Assembly (NCBI GenBank): GCA_002633005.1
Contig: NMRA01000092.1
Span: 975,898 to 1,039,897 of the forward strand
From: Phoronis australis
Taxonomy: Eukaryota; Animalia; Phoronida
Direction of reading: 5' to 3'
DNA length: 64,000 bases
Part shown: one piece after another, positions 26,487 to 52,999 of the stretch
How the letters are laid out: each line of letters opens with the position of its first letter
Numbering within the stretch: position 1 is the stretch's first letter
Notes under the pieces: model-generated
Told to the model about the DNA's origin: nothing
What the model saw: the letters and a program-made list of their open reading frames with translations, nothing else
The model's database searches: none
Program-made: the position numbers and the translations under genes

Positions 26487-26760
26487 TTGTTTTCACTGGA
26501 GCATTATGGGAAATTTGGAAATTAAAGCAATAAAGGAATATTTTGTCATCATCGGTCAACATTGGAGGGCTTATATACAAAAATTTGAAATTTATTTACA
26601 AAAAAAATGAGTAATTTCATTTATTGACTTACATTTATTAATTAATAGTGTGTGCGAAAACACGAGATTGGAGTGCGAGTCTGGTCGCGAGTGTCGCCGA
26701 GAGCGAGTAATTTTTGGCCTACGTTGAATTCACAGACGATTTCACAGATTCCAGTGTTTG
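26487..26760. promoter_or_regulatory. Putative bidirectional promoter region of MAEA and CtBP with a ZNF143/Staf-like site
   Basis: TTTCCCATAATGC (minus, 26501-26513) just upstream of the MAEA ATG; CpG-rich patches at 26270-26310 and 26660-26710; candidate plus-strand donor AAAAG|gtatga at 26921. Confidence 0.55.
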
Positions 26761-28635
26761 TTGAATTATTTTTCACTACCCAACTATCCATTGGAGATCA
26801 ACATTGACGCCGAGTGTAACTTATGCAATTATTTTTTACCCGATTTCTACCAGTGTCTTTGTTGTCTGAGTGGAGTGTGTTCGGCTTGGCTTCTAGACGT
26901 CTCGCACACTTCGGTAAAAAGGTATGATCTTTTGTTTTTTTATGGTACCGCTATTGATCAAGTTGTTTGATATAACTTTTAAATATTTGATTTCTAAACA
27001 TTTTGGCAAATCAATTTTTAGAAAATACTAAATTTTGAAGTGATTTTAAGGTCATACGAACGCCGTCGCCTGAAAAGTGGCGTTTGACAATGTGATTGTG
27101 AATCGGCGGGAATAAAAGTTCGATGATGAATAATAATAAAAAGAAAGTTCAAAGAGTGGAAGTGCGTTGTTTAAGGTTTATTACACCTGGAGAGTTGTGC
27201 CAATTGTTTGGGGGTAATATAGTGTTAGAGTTGCCCACGAGACTAGCCATGGTTTTGTGTCAGAGTCTACCATTTTTCAGTGTGGTGAGTTGATTTCTTA
27301 TGCAAATGACCCCCAGCAAACAACAAAAGTAGACCTAGTTCCTCATGTCAGTTTGTCATTCTTTTAATAGCTTAATCAGTGCCGAATCAAAGTTATTTCT
27401 TTTATTAAGTAAATGCAATCATAGTAGGCGATGTTTGTCATTTAAAATATTTATATAGAGAAGGGTAAATGACAGTAATGATGAGTTATTTGAAATATTA
27501 CTGGTGAATAATTTACCCCCAGCAAAGGTGGAAGTAAAGTAGGTCATTTCCTTTGCTCTGTTGTGAGAGTTGTGGAGAGAAGCTGTGGTATTTACCATGT
27601 TGGTAGAAGTACATGTTTGTGTTTATAATTACCAATCATGGTTTATCTTGTTTTTAAACTTGAGTTTTGATTGGCTTTGAGCCTTTGAGGCAGTCAAATG
27701 TACTACGGTAAACCAAACTTACAGGTGAATAGCTGTTCTTGATCAATGCACAATGTTCTTTGCTCTGATGAGTATTTTCAATATATGGAATTGAATTGGA
27801 TCATTTTCTATTTGTAGGATGAAACTTGTAACAATGTTGAACAGAATTCATTCTTGCTTTGATATATTGTGACTGCATTTCATCTAAGCAATAAAATATT
27901 TCATCAAACATGTTCTTCTTGGTAATCAGCTGAGAGTGATGGCCAAAACAAGTTTATGTTGCTTACTGTTGAACTTAATATTTATTAGATTTAAATGTCA
28001 ATCAATGATATGGTGTTAGACAGCACCTAGAGTCTTATTTTTCCCCTTTAATTGTTGTCGTAAATTGTCAAGGCGCTTAAATTGGAAACTCAAAAAACAA
28101 GGTGGGCGTGAAACTGAAAATGCGAACTTGAAAGCAATTTTTCGCAAAGTTTTATGTGGACACAGTCAATTGTGTTAACACCCAAGGAGGTACATAGACA
28201 TCACCTGCAAGAGTCTAATAAAACATTGGTGGACTATAGACAGTGTGGTAAGGGGCTTACCATCTAAATTGAGGTGATGGCATGACGTACTATGTAACTC
28301 AAATTTTTAAATTTTCCGAAACTTTATATAAGAATATAATTAGTTGGTCATGGTTGCTTTTACAGTTTCTTTTTTGTACAAAAGGAACGTATTTTCCTTG
28401 CCCGTGTAAGGCAAACTTCCACTGTTCCTCTGAAACTAATTGCTTGTTACTCAAAGATAAGCAAGTTGTGTATGTTTTGAAGCTAAAATTCTGGCGTTCA
28501 CAATGACACAGGCAAGTCTCAGTGTATAAATGGTAGGGGGGTATTGAGCCTAGCATGGGTCTTTTCCCAGACAAGTAGTGCTGCAATCAAAATTTTTTTT
28601 AAAAATGTTAATTCATTTAATAGGCTACCGATGAT

Positions 28636-29242
28636 TTGACCTACGATATGAGACAGAGGAAGACCTTCATTTAGAGGATGTCCTCTGACTGTTGTGACAG
28701 AAGTTAGGATATCCTGATAAAATACCGTAGTTCTTCACTTATTTACCACCCAATATGGGCATCAAGTGAAATTCTATTTTGTCAAATTTCTCCCCAAAAA
28801 AGATTAAGAAAATTTTGTTCTATTACCAGCAGGCTTTGTACTGTTTAGATGTTATAAAACAACTTTTGGTAAAATTTCCATTGTTTGCAGTAAAGTAAAC
28901 AGTCTTTGAAATTTTAGAAAAAACACCGGTATACAATTTTTGGCAATTATTTGCGTGAAAAAAGTGGAAAATTACCGTAAGCAATTAGCATACTTTTTAA
29001 GAACTAACATTCAGATAAAACTAGTGTTCACAAAGATGGTTAATCATCTCTGTTGTATAATTTGTGGTGGGCGGCAAGTTAAGCATGAACCTTTAGCAGG
29101 ACAAATATGGCAATCAAAATCTGTAAAAAAATTAACAATAGATTCAATGACGCTTGGACTGGTTTGACCTAAGGTATGAGACAGGAGACCTTCATACAGG
29201 ATGTCATCTCACTGCTGTGAAGCAGGTTAGGTCTTCCTAATG
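28636..29242 (+). repeat. About 80-bp degenerate direct repeat pair (28636-28720 and 29164-29242)
   Basis: ttgaccta..tatgagacag..agaccttcat..aggatgtc..actg.tgtga...gttagg present in both. Confidence 0.7.
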
Positions 29243-30084
29243 TGGAAATTACCTTTAAACAGGACATGAAAGAGCATTACATTGTGTTAGTCCAAAATGT
29301 TGTAGTCATTGGAGTATTTCTAAACTTTGGACAGTAGTCTTTGTTGTCAGAGTTTGTTGTTGTCAGTTGCTATTGTACTCTGTTTTAAGTACATTTCTAG
29401 ACATTTGGATAACACGTTTCAAGAACAGTCGGAAAAAGAAATTATGCAAATAATACACATTCGTATTTTGATTAGAAACCCAAATTCAGAAAGGCTATAA
29501 AACCTTGTCCGACCATAGAGACTCACTTTTGATTTAAAATGCAATTGATCTCCACGTGTTCCTGTGGGTGGAGTGTTTTCTGTGTTTGCTCAGATGTGAC
29601 AGTTCATTATTACTGAAACCATACTTCATGCATAAAGTGATACACGGTGACAACTCAACTTGTAGAGCCTGGTCTCAAGTAGTAACAAACTGTTGCTCCT
29701 TTCCACACCCAGAAAGCATCTAATTTTGTTAGGGGGCAATTTGAGACCCATTGCGTAATAGGGAGTAGTCTTAACCCAAAGTTGCTTTTTTGCATTACAA
29801 GTGATGCCTTTCTAACTACTTTATATCAATTAGTTGATAAAAACTGGTTGGATGCAGTGTTCTCCATGACCTGTTTTAATGGCAACTCTTCCGACACACT
29901 TGATTGAGTGCCTCGCGCATGACCTGCGTGAAAAAAGGGTCACCGTCATTGACAATGTCACTCCTGCTTTAAATTAGGTTGAAATTAAAAAAACAGTGGC
30001 CAGAGCCCATTAAAACCCAATAAAGGCCTTGTGGTTAACAAAGCAGGTACACTTACAACTGATGTCTTTTTCACCATAAACATG

Positions 30085-31011
30085 CATAGGTGGATTTAGG
30101 GGGGGGCAGGGGGCTCGGCCACCCCCCTCCCTTGGCTGCCGCAAAAAAAAATAAAACAGCAAGAGCATAGGGAAATGTTGAGTTTATCAATTAACCCCGG
30201 TAATTAACATTATACGGCGGAAACAAGATTTAAATGTGTGCAGTTTTAGTGTGTTTGGAGGGGGGGTTGGGGGCTCATATCCAATTTCAAGTGTCAAATT
30301 TGGAACTCGGCTCAATCGTAACGAAATGATATCCCAGACGACCGGCAGTGGCGCTGCGCACTACGACTCCGTTTCCATCGTCTGCTTCACTGTGAAAATT
30401 ACTTCATTTTTTAAAGTAAACGGAATCTGAGTGACGATGAAAAAACAGAAGCTGCTGGTAAGATGTAAGTTTTAATCGAAGCCTTAGTGAATCACTCAGA
30501 AACTCATAATTCTCTCTTTGTAAAACCTTAACTTAAGACGATTTCCAAAGCAATCACGTCATTAATGCCAACACAAAAAAAAAACGGATTTGGTCTATTG
30601 GTGAATTGAAGACTATTTTAAATACAACAAATTTGTTACGAACTGATTGCACAAAATATAAAAAGTGTAATAAGCATTACAAAAAGAAGTAGGTTTGTCG
30701 CGCAAACGCTGTGGACCATAAACAAGTAGGTCTCTTATTATTAAATTTAGAGTGAAATCGTGGTGGTGCAGTGGTAAAGCACGCGCACTATGTGGTAAAT
30801 GCAGTTTTTCAGGTTTGACACGTTCCCCGTTTTTTTTCTTGGATAATACTTCAGGAATCGAGGAAAATGCTTGATCTTTAGAGGAAAAAATAGAAAAATT
30901 TTCCTGGGCTGGTACCCCCCTCCCGATCTCCCCCCATTTGGTGCTATGCGCATCTAATCGTGCTTTGCAAAAATGTTGCCCCCCCCTTGTGATATCCTAG
31001 ATCCGCCACTG
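30085..31011. mobile_element. Non-autonomous TIR DNA transposon (hAT-like termini) with 5-bp TSD
   Basis: TIR CATAGGTGGATTTAGG / CAGTGGCGGATCTAGG (12/16); ACATG at 30080-30084 and 31012-31016. Confidence 0.7.
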
Positions 31012-31653
31012 ACATGGCTACTCCCATGTTTTGTGGAGTTCACTCAATGGGAAAGCGGCCATGGCAACTCCTCTCAAAATAGGTTGATTAATATGCAGTT
31101 GTTCCACTCTGCTACAGCGAGAAACGTTGTCTTCACTTTTACTGGAGTAATCTCTAGAGTTTGCAACATCAATCGCTACAGGCCGAAATAGACATCCTGA
31201 TAGGTCTCTGGAAGGACAAGACGATAATATTAATCCTTGATGGCCTGGAATTATTCATCTTAAAAAATGATGGGAGAACTGTTTATTAATCTCAAATCTT
31301 TTCCTCACTATTCGAGAATATTAGTGCCATCCACACGCAGAGCAATTTACTCCTGGAATGAGTTGTTGCTAGGATTTAGGGATGTGTGGATGCTATTTCA
31401 ACTGGTGCAACTTTGTGACAAATTATTCTACCTTGTCAAGGTAGGGTAACTTGTTCAAGACAGGGTAACTTGCTCCTCTTCTAATTGCTGTTTGTCCGCA
31501 AACCTGGGACAAGACGGAAGTAATTATCAGCTGTGGTTACCTACAGACAGGTCTTCATTTGTTTGTTATTAATGCATCAGCTGTTCATTGTGATGACAAC
31601 TTCCATCTTCCACTGCTTATCAGATATGTGTGTGGACGCTCCACTTAAAAGTG

Positions 31654-31832
31654 CCATTTACACTTACAAAGTTGACACGGATCAGCTGACACGGATCAAG
31701 TTGTCCCAGTGTGTAAACGGACTGACACAGAGCAAACTGACACCACGGTGACAAATTTTTGCCATCCGTTTGTGAGGTAGAGCAATTTGCACCCGAACAT
31801 CTTGCACCGTGTCAGTTATAAGTCTAAACGCG
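31654..31832. mobile_element. Small Harbinger-like MITE remnant
   Basis: Inverted ends tttacacttacaa / ttataagtctaaac; internal gacacggatc repeats. Confidence 0.4.
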
Positions 31833-32263
31833 AAATTGGAGCAAGGATGGAATTCGGATAGACCGGAGTTCTAATGGGATTGCGACATAGCTGCAACTGC
31901 AAGTAGACTTGCACGCACTTCAGAGAACATTAGTTGGTGCGCGCGCTTGTGGCACGTTTGTTGGCATTCGTACCGTTATGGTGTTTGGGTTTTCATTTAT
32001 GGAGAATTGTGGCATGCACAGAATGGTTAATGTTCATGGTTTAGGAAAAACTGTTCAAAGGTATGACTTTACACATAATGCATCAGACTATACAGAATTA
32101 AAACAATAAATGTATCATACAGAACCGACTTCAAAGAAGTCACCTTTTCAATCTTATGGCAGTGGTCATTTGTTGACCTGTGTGACGGACACTACTGACC
32201 ACCAATGTATTGCGGGTCTTCTTCTTGTTTTCCAGAACTCTAGAACTGGACTAATGTCGCGTC

Positions 32264-45918
<13,655 letters not shown>

Positions 45919-48169
45919 CGTCCAGCACTGCTGACAGTTCGTTAGTGACGGATGAGCATGAGACCACAGCTTCACTAGAGAGAGAAATTGTTATTTTGAT
46001 AGAAGTCAGAATGAGTGAGAAGAGAAATGTTTTGACAACACTGGTCACGTTTAACGTGTTTATTAATTCATGTGCACTCTGTTGTTGGCAGTTGCCATCT
46101 GCTGAAACTAAGGGTAATGGCATACATACAGAAATTTCTAGAACTGTGACCAGGGTTATGTTATTTGCAAGAGATTGATGACTATTTTGATGAAAAAAAT
46201 GCTGCTGGCAAGCCTATTGGGGTCAAAAATCCCAGATCATTTCCGTACAGATTTTTGGACTAACCAATGTTGGGTAGTGGAGGCCAGTTAGACAGAGTGC
46301 TACTTATAGTTACACCATAACGAGTCATGTGCAGTCAGGGTGTATAGTATGTTTGGTTGTGTAGGTATGCCTGTCTTACCTTCACTGGACATGTCTCACA
46401 TTCAGTGATGACACTAGCTTAAAAACCAGCCTGGACCCCCTATCCCCACTAGCGTGTTACATAGCATCAGCAAACATTGAATGTGATCGTGTATTATCTA
46501 GACATATTTTTCCCCATATGACCCATACGCTTGACTGTTTAAGTGTGTTTTATGACATAGCTGTTTCTATGCAATAAGTCGTAAGGAAAGAATACTGTTG
46601 TGCGTATTCTCCAGAGTTCAATAAAAGAATGGGTTTAATCACTATCGAAACCGTGTTTGGTCGCTATGACAACGTTAGTAGTTTGGATCCTAGTGCACAT
46701 GTGTATAGTCAGCATGTCACGTGATTCAGTCAATGAAGGGGAGACCGGAGAGGCTACGTGGAATTTAAACGTAATTACGCTTCAAAGCTGTTCTCAAGAA
46801 GTCATTTTTTTATATTTGATAGCTTGCTTCTTAGTTGTTAATACATGTATTTTCCGCCAAGACTGTTCGTGGCTCAAATTTTTAGTTTAGTGTTGCTTAG
46901 TTTGTTAGTTTGTTTGTTTATAGTTTGAGTGTAGTGTGTTTAGCAGAAATAACACTGGACCAACTGCCACTGGCGTTGCTGTGCGTTTACGCTAATCACT
47001 GTTATTTAGCACAAACATTAAAAGAGGGAGCTGTCATCTTTCCATTTTTCAAAAGCTCCCTACATTGCCAGCATAACTGAAAATTTTGCCTCTTACTGTT
47101 TGACAACTACTCTGCAGTATGAACTGTATTCATTGAAGCATAATTTTCTTCATGACTTGTTCAGTTTTGTGGAGAAATGTGAGGTTACAGTGTTCTGTGC
47201 TAAATAGCAGACGATGTGTATTGCCCTTTCTCGTCTGTCAAACCTGGGAACAGGACTGTACACATTAAAGGACCATCTTATCGTACGTGTTGCAAACTGA
47301 GCAATCAGTACGGGCTACCTACCTATTTTATGGCAGGTAGTCTAATCGCAGTTTTTTGTTAAGTTTTTTTAACCAGAGCTGCATTTTACTGTCATGCAAA
47401 TACAGATGCCTCTCTGTAAGATGGGTATTTTTTGTTATGTATTATGTATTATGTATTATGTGCTGTTATAGTAACATACTGATGTACCTCATACAGTCTA
47501 ACTTCACCTTGGGGTTTGTTTCGTGAAAGGTGAATTAAGACTCAAGTCAGAAACTTGATCTTAGGCTTCAACAACTGTTTATGAAATAAAATCCCACTTA
47601 TTAAGCAAAATGCAGTCTCTGAGAACATATACATAACTGCTTGTTATAGAGGTAATTTTTGTAAATTAGTTCTTGACTGTGATGTGGTTATAGTTGCATT
47701 ATTCAGCCATTGTGAAGTGTCAGTCTAAGACTAAATTTCTAACTTAAGTCTTTAGTCCCCTCTGCTTTTCTCGTCTTGTGTGATAAGCATTAACCAGTTC
47801 TTATTATATAATGGGTGTACTAAAGTCTGCCTGGTTGACTCGTGACTCAAACGATCTGAAGAAAGTTGAGAGGTGTTATAAAAATCATTGTTAGAAGGGG
47901 TTTTAAGGCGTTAATGTCGCGCATTTAACCAGCTTTGTTTACTAATAAGTAGTGTTTATAGTTTGTTTGATGTACCATTATAAGCGTTAGGTAAGGTCAT
48001 ACATGTATATGAGAGACAAGAGTAATTTCTAATAAATATTTTCAATTTGCTCTTCTGTTGTTTCAATTATTTTTTTTTATTTCTACTTACAAACATGCCA
48101 CTTCTGTTCCACTCTGAAGTGGAGTACTTGCTCCCCACGTCCCTTCCGATTCCCTGTCTGCACACACAC

Positions 48170-50514
48170 GGCCAAATCACAATCAAGGTCCATATTCGGT
48201 GGCCACTTTTTGTGAAAAACGAAGGTTGTCATATAACTGTAAAACCTGGGTTATTTTCAAGTACCATCATTCCAGGTTTGTAATCTAAAATATTTTTGCA
48301 CAAGAACCACCCAATAAAATTTTATGGCCTGCTGCATCGCAGTTGTATAAATGGGTACGTACACTACTTGTGGTCACAACCCACTTTACGGTATCTGTTA
48401 ATTTAATAAGTTTTGATTAAATTGAAGAAGTATCACATACTAAAATAAGAAAAGTTATTACCGTGCTGATCAAGTTGTTCTAGATGATGATACATTGCAT
48501 ATCTTAACACAGTATATTGAGAACTTCCTTCTCTTGCAATAGGATTCTTACAAGAAGAGAATGACAAGTAATTACTTTTTCAAAAACTTTATTGATGCTA
48601 TTTGCCTAGTTTTCAATACATTCACCAGTTGGTCAAAATAGGGAGCAATGCTAGGTCCAGTGTTCCACTTGTAAACAGTAACAAATGGTACTGGTTGGGG
48701 TGTACGTACACTACGCACAGTCAATCAACGTCTAATTTTGACTAAGTTACAAATGTATGGGATGGTCTCGAGTTTTGTGCTGCCTCTACTTGTTGGTTTG
48801 TGGAAGTTGAAGTTGTCTTGAGAGATAGAGAACCTGCCTCTGCAACATCAGTTGTCGCATGTGTCTTCTAAGATTTTCAGTACTAGCCAAGCCCTATGTG
48901 GCATTTTATTGTCCACAAATTTGACAATGTCCATTTTTTGTCAGACTGTATTCATTTTGGAAATATCAGTATTGTTCATGAGAACAGCAGCTGTATGTAA
49001 AAATTATTGTGGGCAATGCTTCATAACACACAGATTGAAGGTACGTAAACTACACAGGAGTACGTACACTACATTTCAATGACTTTTCAGGTTTATAAAA
49101 AATGATTAAAATCTACTGAGAGTTAGTTCATCTACCAATATTCAAAGAGAACAAATAAAAAGTACAGCATACAGTCATGTGCATACCTGTCTGTCATTCT
49201 TTGAAAACATGCAGGCACATGTTAAAATATAAGGGTACGTACACTACACAAATGCTAATATTTCAATCAAAACAAATGTATTTGTAATTAACACCCTTTT
49301 GACCGAGCATTTTAATGGAGGAAGGTGTCTGTGACAAGTGCTGCTTACTTACCGTGTAATATTTTTGTTTTATGGTATTTATTCACATGGGGGTACGTAC
49401 ACTACACAGAGGTATGTACACTGCATTTCAATGACATGTCAGGTTTGTAACTAAATACTAAGAATCTACTGAGAGTTAGTTCATTTACTAAATCAATTCA
49501 AAGAGATTAAGTAAAAAGCACAGCATCCATGTGCATATCTGCCATACTTTGAAAATAGGCACAAATTAAAATATGGGGGTACGTACACTATACAAATGCT
49601 AATTTTTCACTTAAAACAAATGTATTGGCAATAAACACTCTTTTAACCTAACATTTTTAAGGAAGGAAACTATCTATGACCAATGTTGCTCACTTACCAA
49701 GTGATATTTTAATTTCATGGCATTTTTAAACATGGGCGTACTTACACTACAAAGGGGGGTACGTACACAATATCACTGTTTCTGCATCACATGGTAACAT
49801 ATTGTTGTATGGCCATTTATTTTTCTTTGGTGATAATAAACACCATGTTGTTAAGGCAATAATTTCATTTGCAAGGACCATTTGTATTACTGAATTCCAC
49901 ATGGGGATACGAACACTACATTTTGTTAGCCCTTTTGACCCATTTTCAACATAGCAGAACCCATTCAATATCCAAACTTTTGGTTTGTTTAGATATTAAA
50001 TAATTTGCTATGTTGCCCAGGCTGACATATTTTGCAGTTCTTCTCGTTACAGAGTGTGAACTTTAGTTTTTAACCTTCTTTACAATAGGTGAGGGTTAGA
50101 AACACAGAATTTACCAATTTCGTAACGAGTGTCTGTTTTATGATGAACCCTACCATTTCTCAATGATTAAGCACAACTTCGTCTAATTGACTCTGAAAGT
50201 GGCTCAAGTTATTCCCAGTCATATCTAAACAATTGCTTGCTTGATAAAATAAATTTCTTTTCTACTCCTGACCGTTGAACATTGTTATTTTTAAAATGCC
50301 CACTCGTAACGCTAAAAGTGCATGAAATTCATAGAAAAAAACATACAGAAATTTCACAAACATTGTCCGATTTTGATGATTCTTTTTTTAATTTGCACAA
50401 CTAAACAACTCTTTACATAATGAGATTCAGTTGGCATTTGGTAAGTGACCAAAAAAATATTTTAGACCGTAACACAGTCAACTCTCGAATATAGACCTTG
50501 ATTGTGATTTAGCC
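48170..50514. mobile_element. Unclassified 2.3-kb non-autonomous TIR element with internal periodic repeats
   Basis: TIR GGCCAAATCACAATCAAGGTCCATATTCG / GGCTAAATCACAATCAAGGTCTATATTCG (27/29); no clear TSD; recurring GGTACGTACACTAC. Confidence 0.8.
49040..49770 (+). repeat. Degenerate ~345-bp tandem duplication inside the TIR element
   Basis: 49040-49390 aligns by eye to 49391-49735 along its length (e.g. aatctactgagagttagttcat). Confidence 0.85.
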
Positions 50515-52999
50515 CGGCCGACAGGGTAGGGGGAAGAGGAGAGAGAAATTGTCCCCGTTTTGGCAGCAAGGTTCGTCAGTGAAATATGCCAGTTCTTCTG
50601 ATGTCAATTTACCTGCATTGCCCTTCGAATGAATCTTGTATCGCCTCTCGAGTTGTGAACGATAACCATTGAATTTAACTCGGCTGCATGGAAGAGTAGG
50701 AGGTATTTACCATCTGACACAGCGCCATCTATACTGATTCGTCGCACAGAACGAGTGTTGGAGGTATTCAGCTTGGCACCAAGGTACCCCAGATGCGATA
50801 TGATTTCTGGTTTATAAGGGATGCCAATCTTTCGAGGTGATTGCTATAGCTTCACAGTTTCTAAGCCACTTCCCGTAATTTACAACCAATACACGCATCC
50901 ACCACCTTGAACCTATTCACATTGCATTGTGGTTTTGTATTCCAGCGTGCCCGGTATTTCTTTTTAAATCTCGCATGTGTTGGCCGGAGTAAAATGACCA
51001 CCCTTCTTCAGCAACTTCTTGATGCGAACAAAAATTAAACAGTCTAGACATTTTATTATTTCTGTGGCGGTTGTTTGCAACCATCGTCAGGTCGTGGCTG
51101 GACATTTTAGTATTACCAGCAACGCAATGAAGGACTGGCAAAATTAATGTGCGACAGCTCTCGATCATCGCACTTTTCTTTGCTTGGCGACGGTAGTCAG
51201 AAATGGTCGAGGATAAAAAACACTTCCGTGCAATGTTTCATGAAATTTCGCAATGGGCATTTTAGGTAGTAGGGCCTAGAAAGCTGCGTTTCTCTCTGAT
51301 AAGCGGGCTAATAACAAATATCGAACTAGGCTTTTTACTCTCATCGTTCACATACTGTTCTACTCCACACCAGTAGACTCTAGCTTATCGAAACGCGTGC
51401 GAAGCAACCACAATTTTCGAAGGAAAATACTTCGCGAAACAAATTAAAACGACATGACAGGGCCGTAGGGAGCGGAGGTGCGACGGGGACAACCGGCATG
51501 GGTATGGGGGCGAGTGCAGCCGAGGAAAACCAGACACTGGCCAAACATGGAGAATAGTGAGTACATTTGTCAACTCACCAGTGTCTGATTTACCGACCCT
51601 TTGAAAATCCTGGCCAGGACCTTGTTCTTTGGGGCCTCATTTTGCACCATAGATTCTCTAACGCACTTGGAAACGTGCACGTACAGTAACCAATCATACA
51701 TGCATTTCGAAAAAGTCAAATTTGTAAAGCAAAGTTTTTGCAGATCATATTAATTCGATGGATTTTTAAATTCCAGAAAGCAGTTTTAGGGAAAGCAAAA
51801 TTTCATTTCTCTAGAGATCCTCCGATCTCTAGCAAGGGACAGTGGAGTAATTTATCATACTCTATTTTTTTCTCACAAAATTGCGGTAAGTCAATTGACA
51901 CAAAATTGAGAACCTTACAGCTAGCATCAGTTACTCCTCATTTCCCATTTTCTCGACAATAGATCCTCCGAGGCAATTGCACCTATTTTCCTGATTTTGT
52001 GAAACCGATTAGAAGCTCACTTAGAGGGTCACACGGTGATGGAATAAAGTGACACTACTTTCCATTTATTTTGCCTTTCATAAATTAATGGGTCCCACTC
52101 AAACGAGAGCCTATCTTGGAGAGACGGCCCGGGGCCCCTTTGCCCCTTTATAAATTCTCCACTGTCAAACTTCACATGTACAAGAACAAAAAAAATGGCA
52201 TATCGTGTTTGACATTGGGGGGCATGGGCAGCCCACCATAGGAGGCTGTGGGGCTTTAGCCCCCCACTTCAGTTTTTCAGTGCTGCGCCGCCCATGGGAA
52301 GGGGTTCTGGAGGGCACAACCCAGAGTGTATTTTGTGTGTCATAGAGCATTTAGTGATCAGAGAATCACGTGGAATTGTTTTTGTTGTACTTCGAATGTA
52401 TGAGCTAGCTCATTTTTGAGGGGTTCTTTTTGGTTTCTTCCGGACACATTCCAGAGTGTAATTTGTCTGTCATGGGTCATCCGGTGTTCAGTGAGGTACT
52501 ATTGTCCATTTTAAATCAATTTTGGCCCCTAACTCGAATCTAGCTCAAGTCATTTTGGCCAGTTTAGTCAAATGTCCACAGGGGCTGGGGTCACACCAAA
52601 AGTGCAGACAACGGCTGGTCCATTTCTGTATATACTTAGGTGCTCCTATGGTCAGATGTTGGTACCTATGCTAGGTGCTCTGGGCTGCCGATCTATTATG
52701 AGGTGACACATAAGGATTCCCAAGCAAAAATGATACAAATACTGATTTCCATGATCCATCACGTGACAGGGGAGATAAATCTGGAGGCACTTTTTGTAGA
52801 GTTGAAAGTGGGCGCGACTCAAGTCACAAGACCGATTTTTGTTTGCTCAGCGTAAATATTCAGTCTTTGCGTTCTAAATTTGATCAGCTTCAGGCTATTT
52901 CACGAAACTTAAAGAGCAAAATTTGCTGTTTGATTGCATCTGCTTACAAGTAACTTGGCTGGATTTTGATAACAATTACGATTTTTACCATTTAGAATG

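Noticed and set aside
48340-49920. Regularly spaced GTACGTACACTAC motif as a CRISPR-like array
   Set aside because: Eukaryotic context, spacers of 170-350 bp that are homologous to each other, and no cas genes.
50612-50843. Open minus-strand stretch ending in CAG|gtaaat as a possible exon
   Set aside because: Weak acceptor, no partner exons and no recognisable protein similarity.
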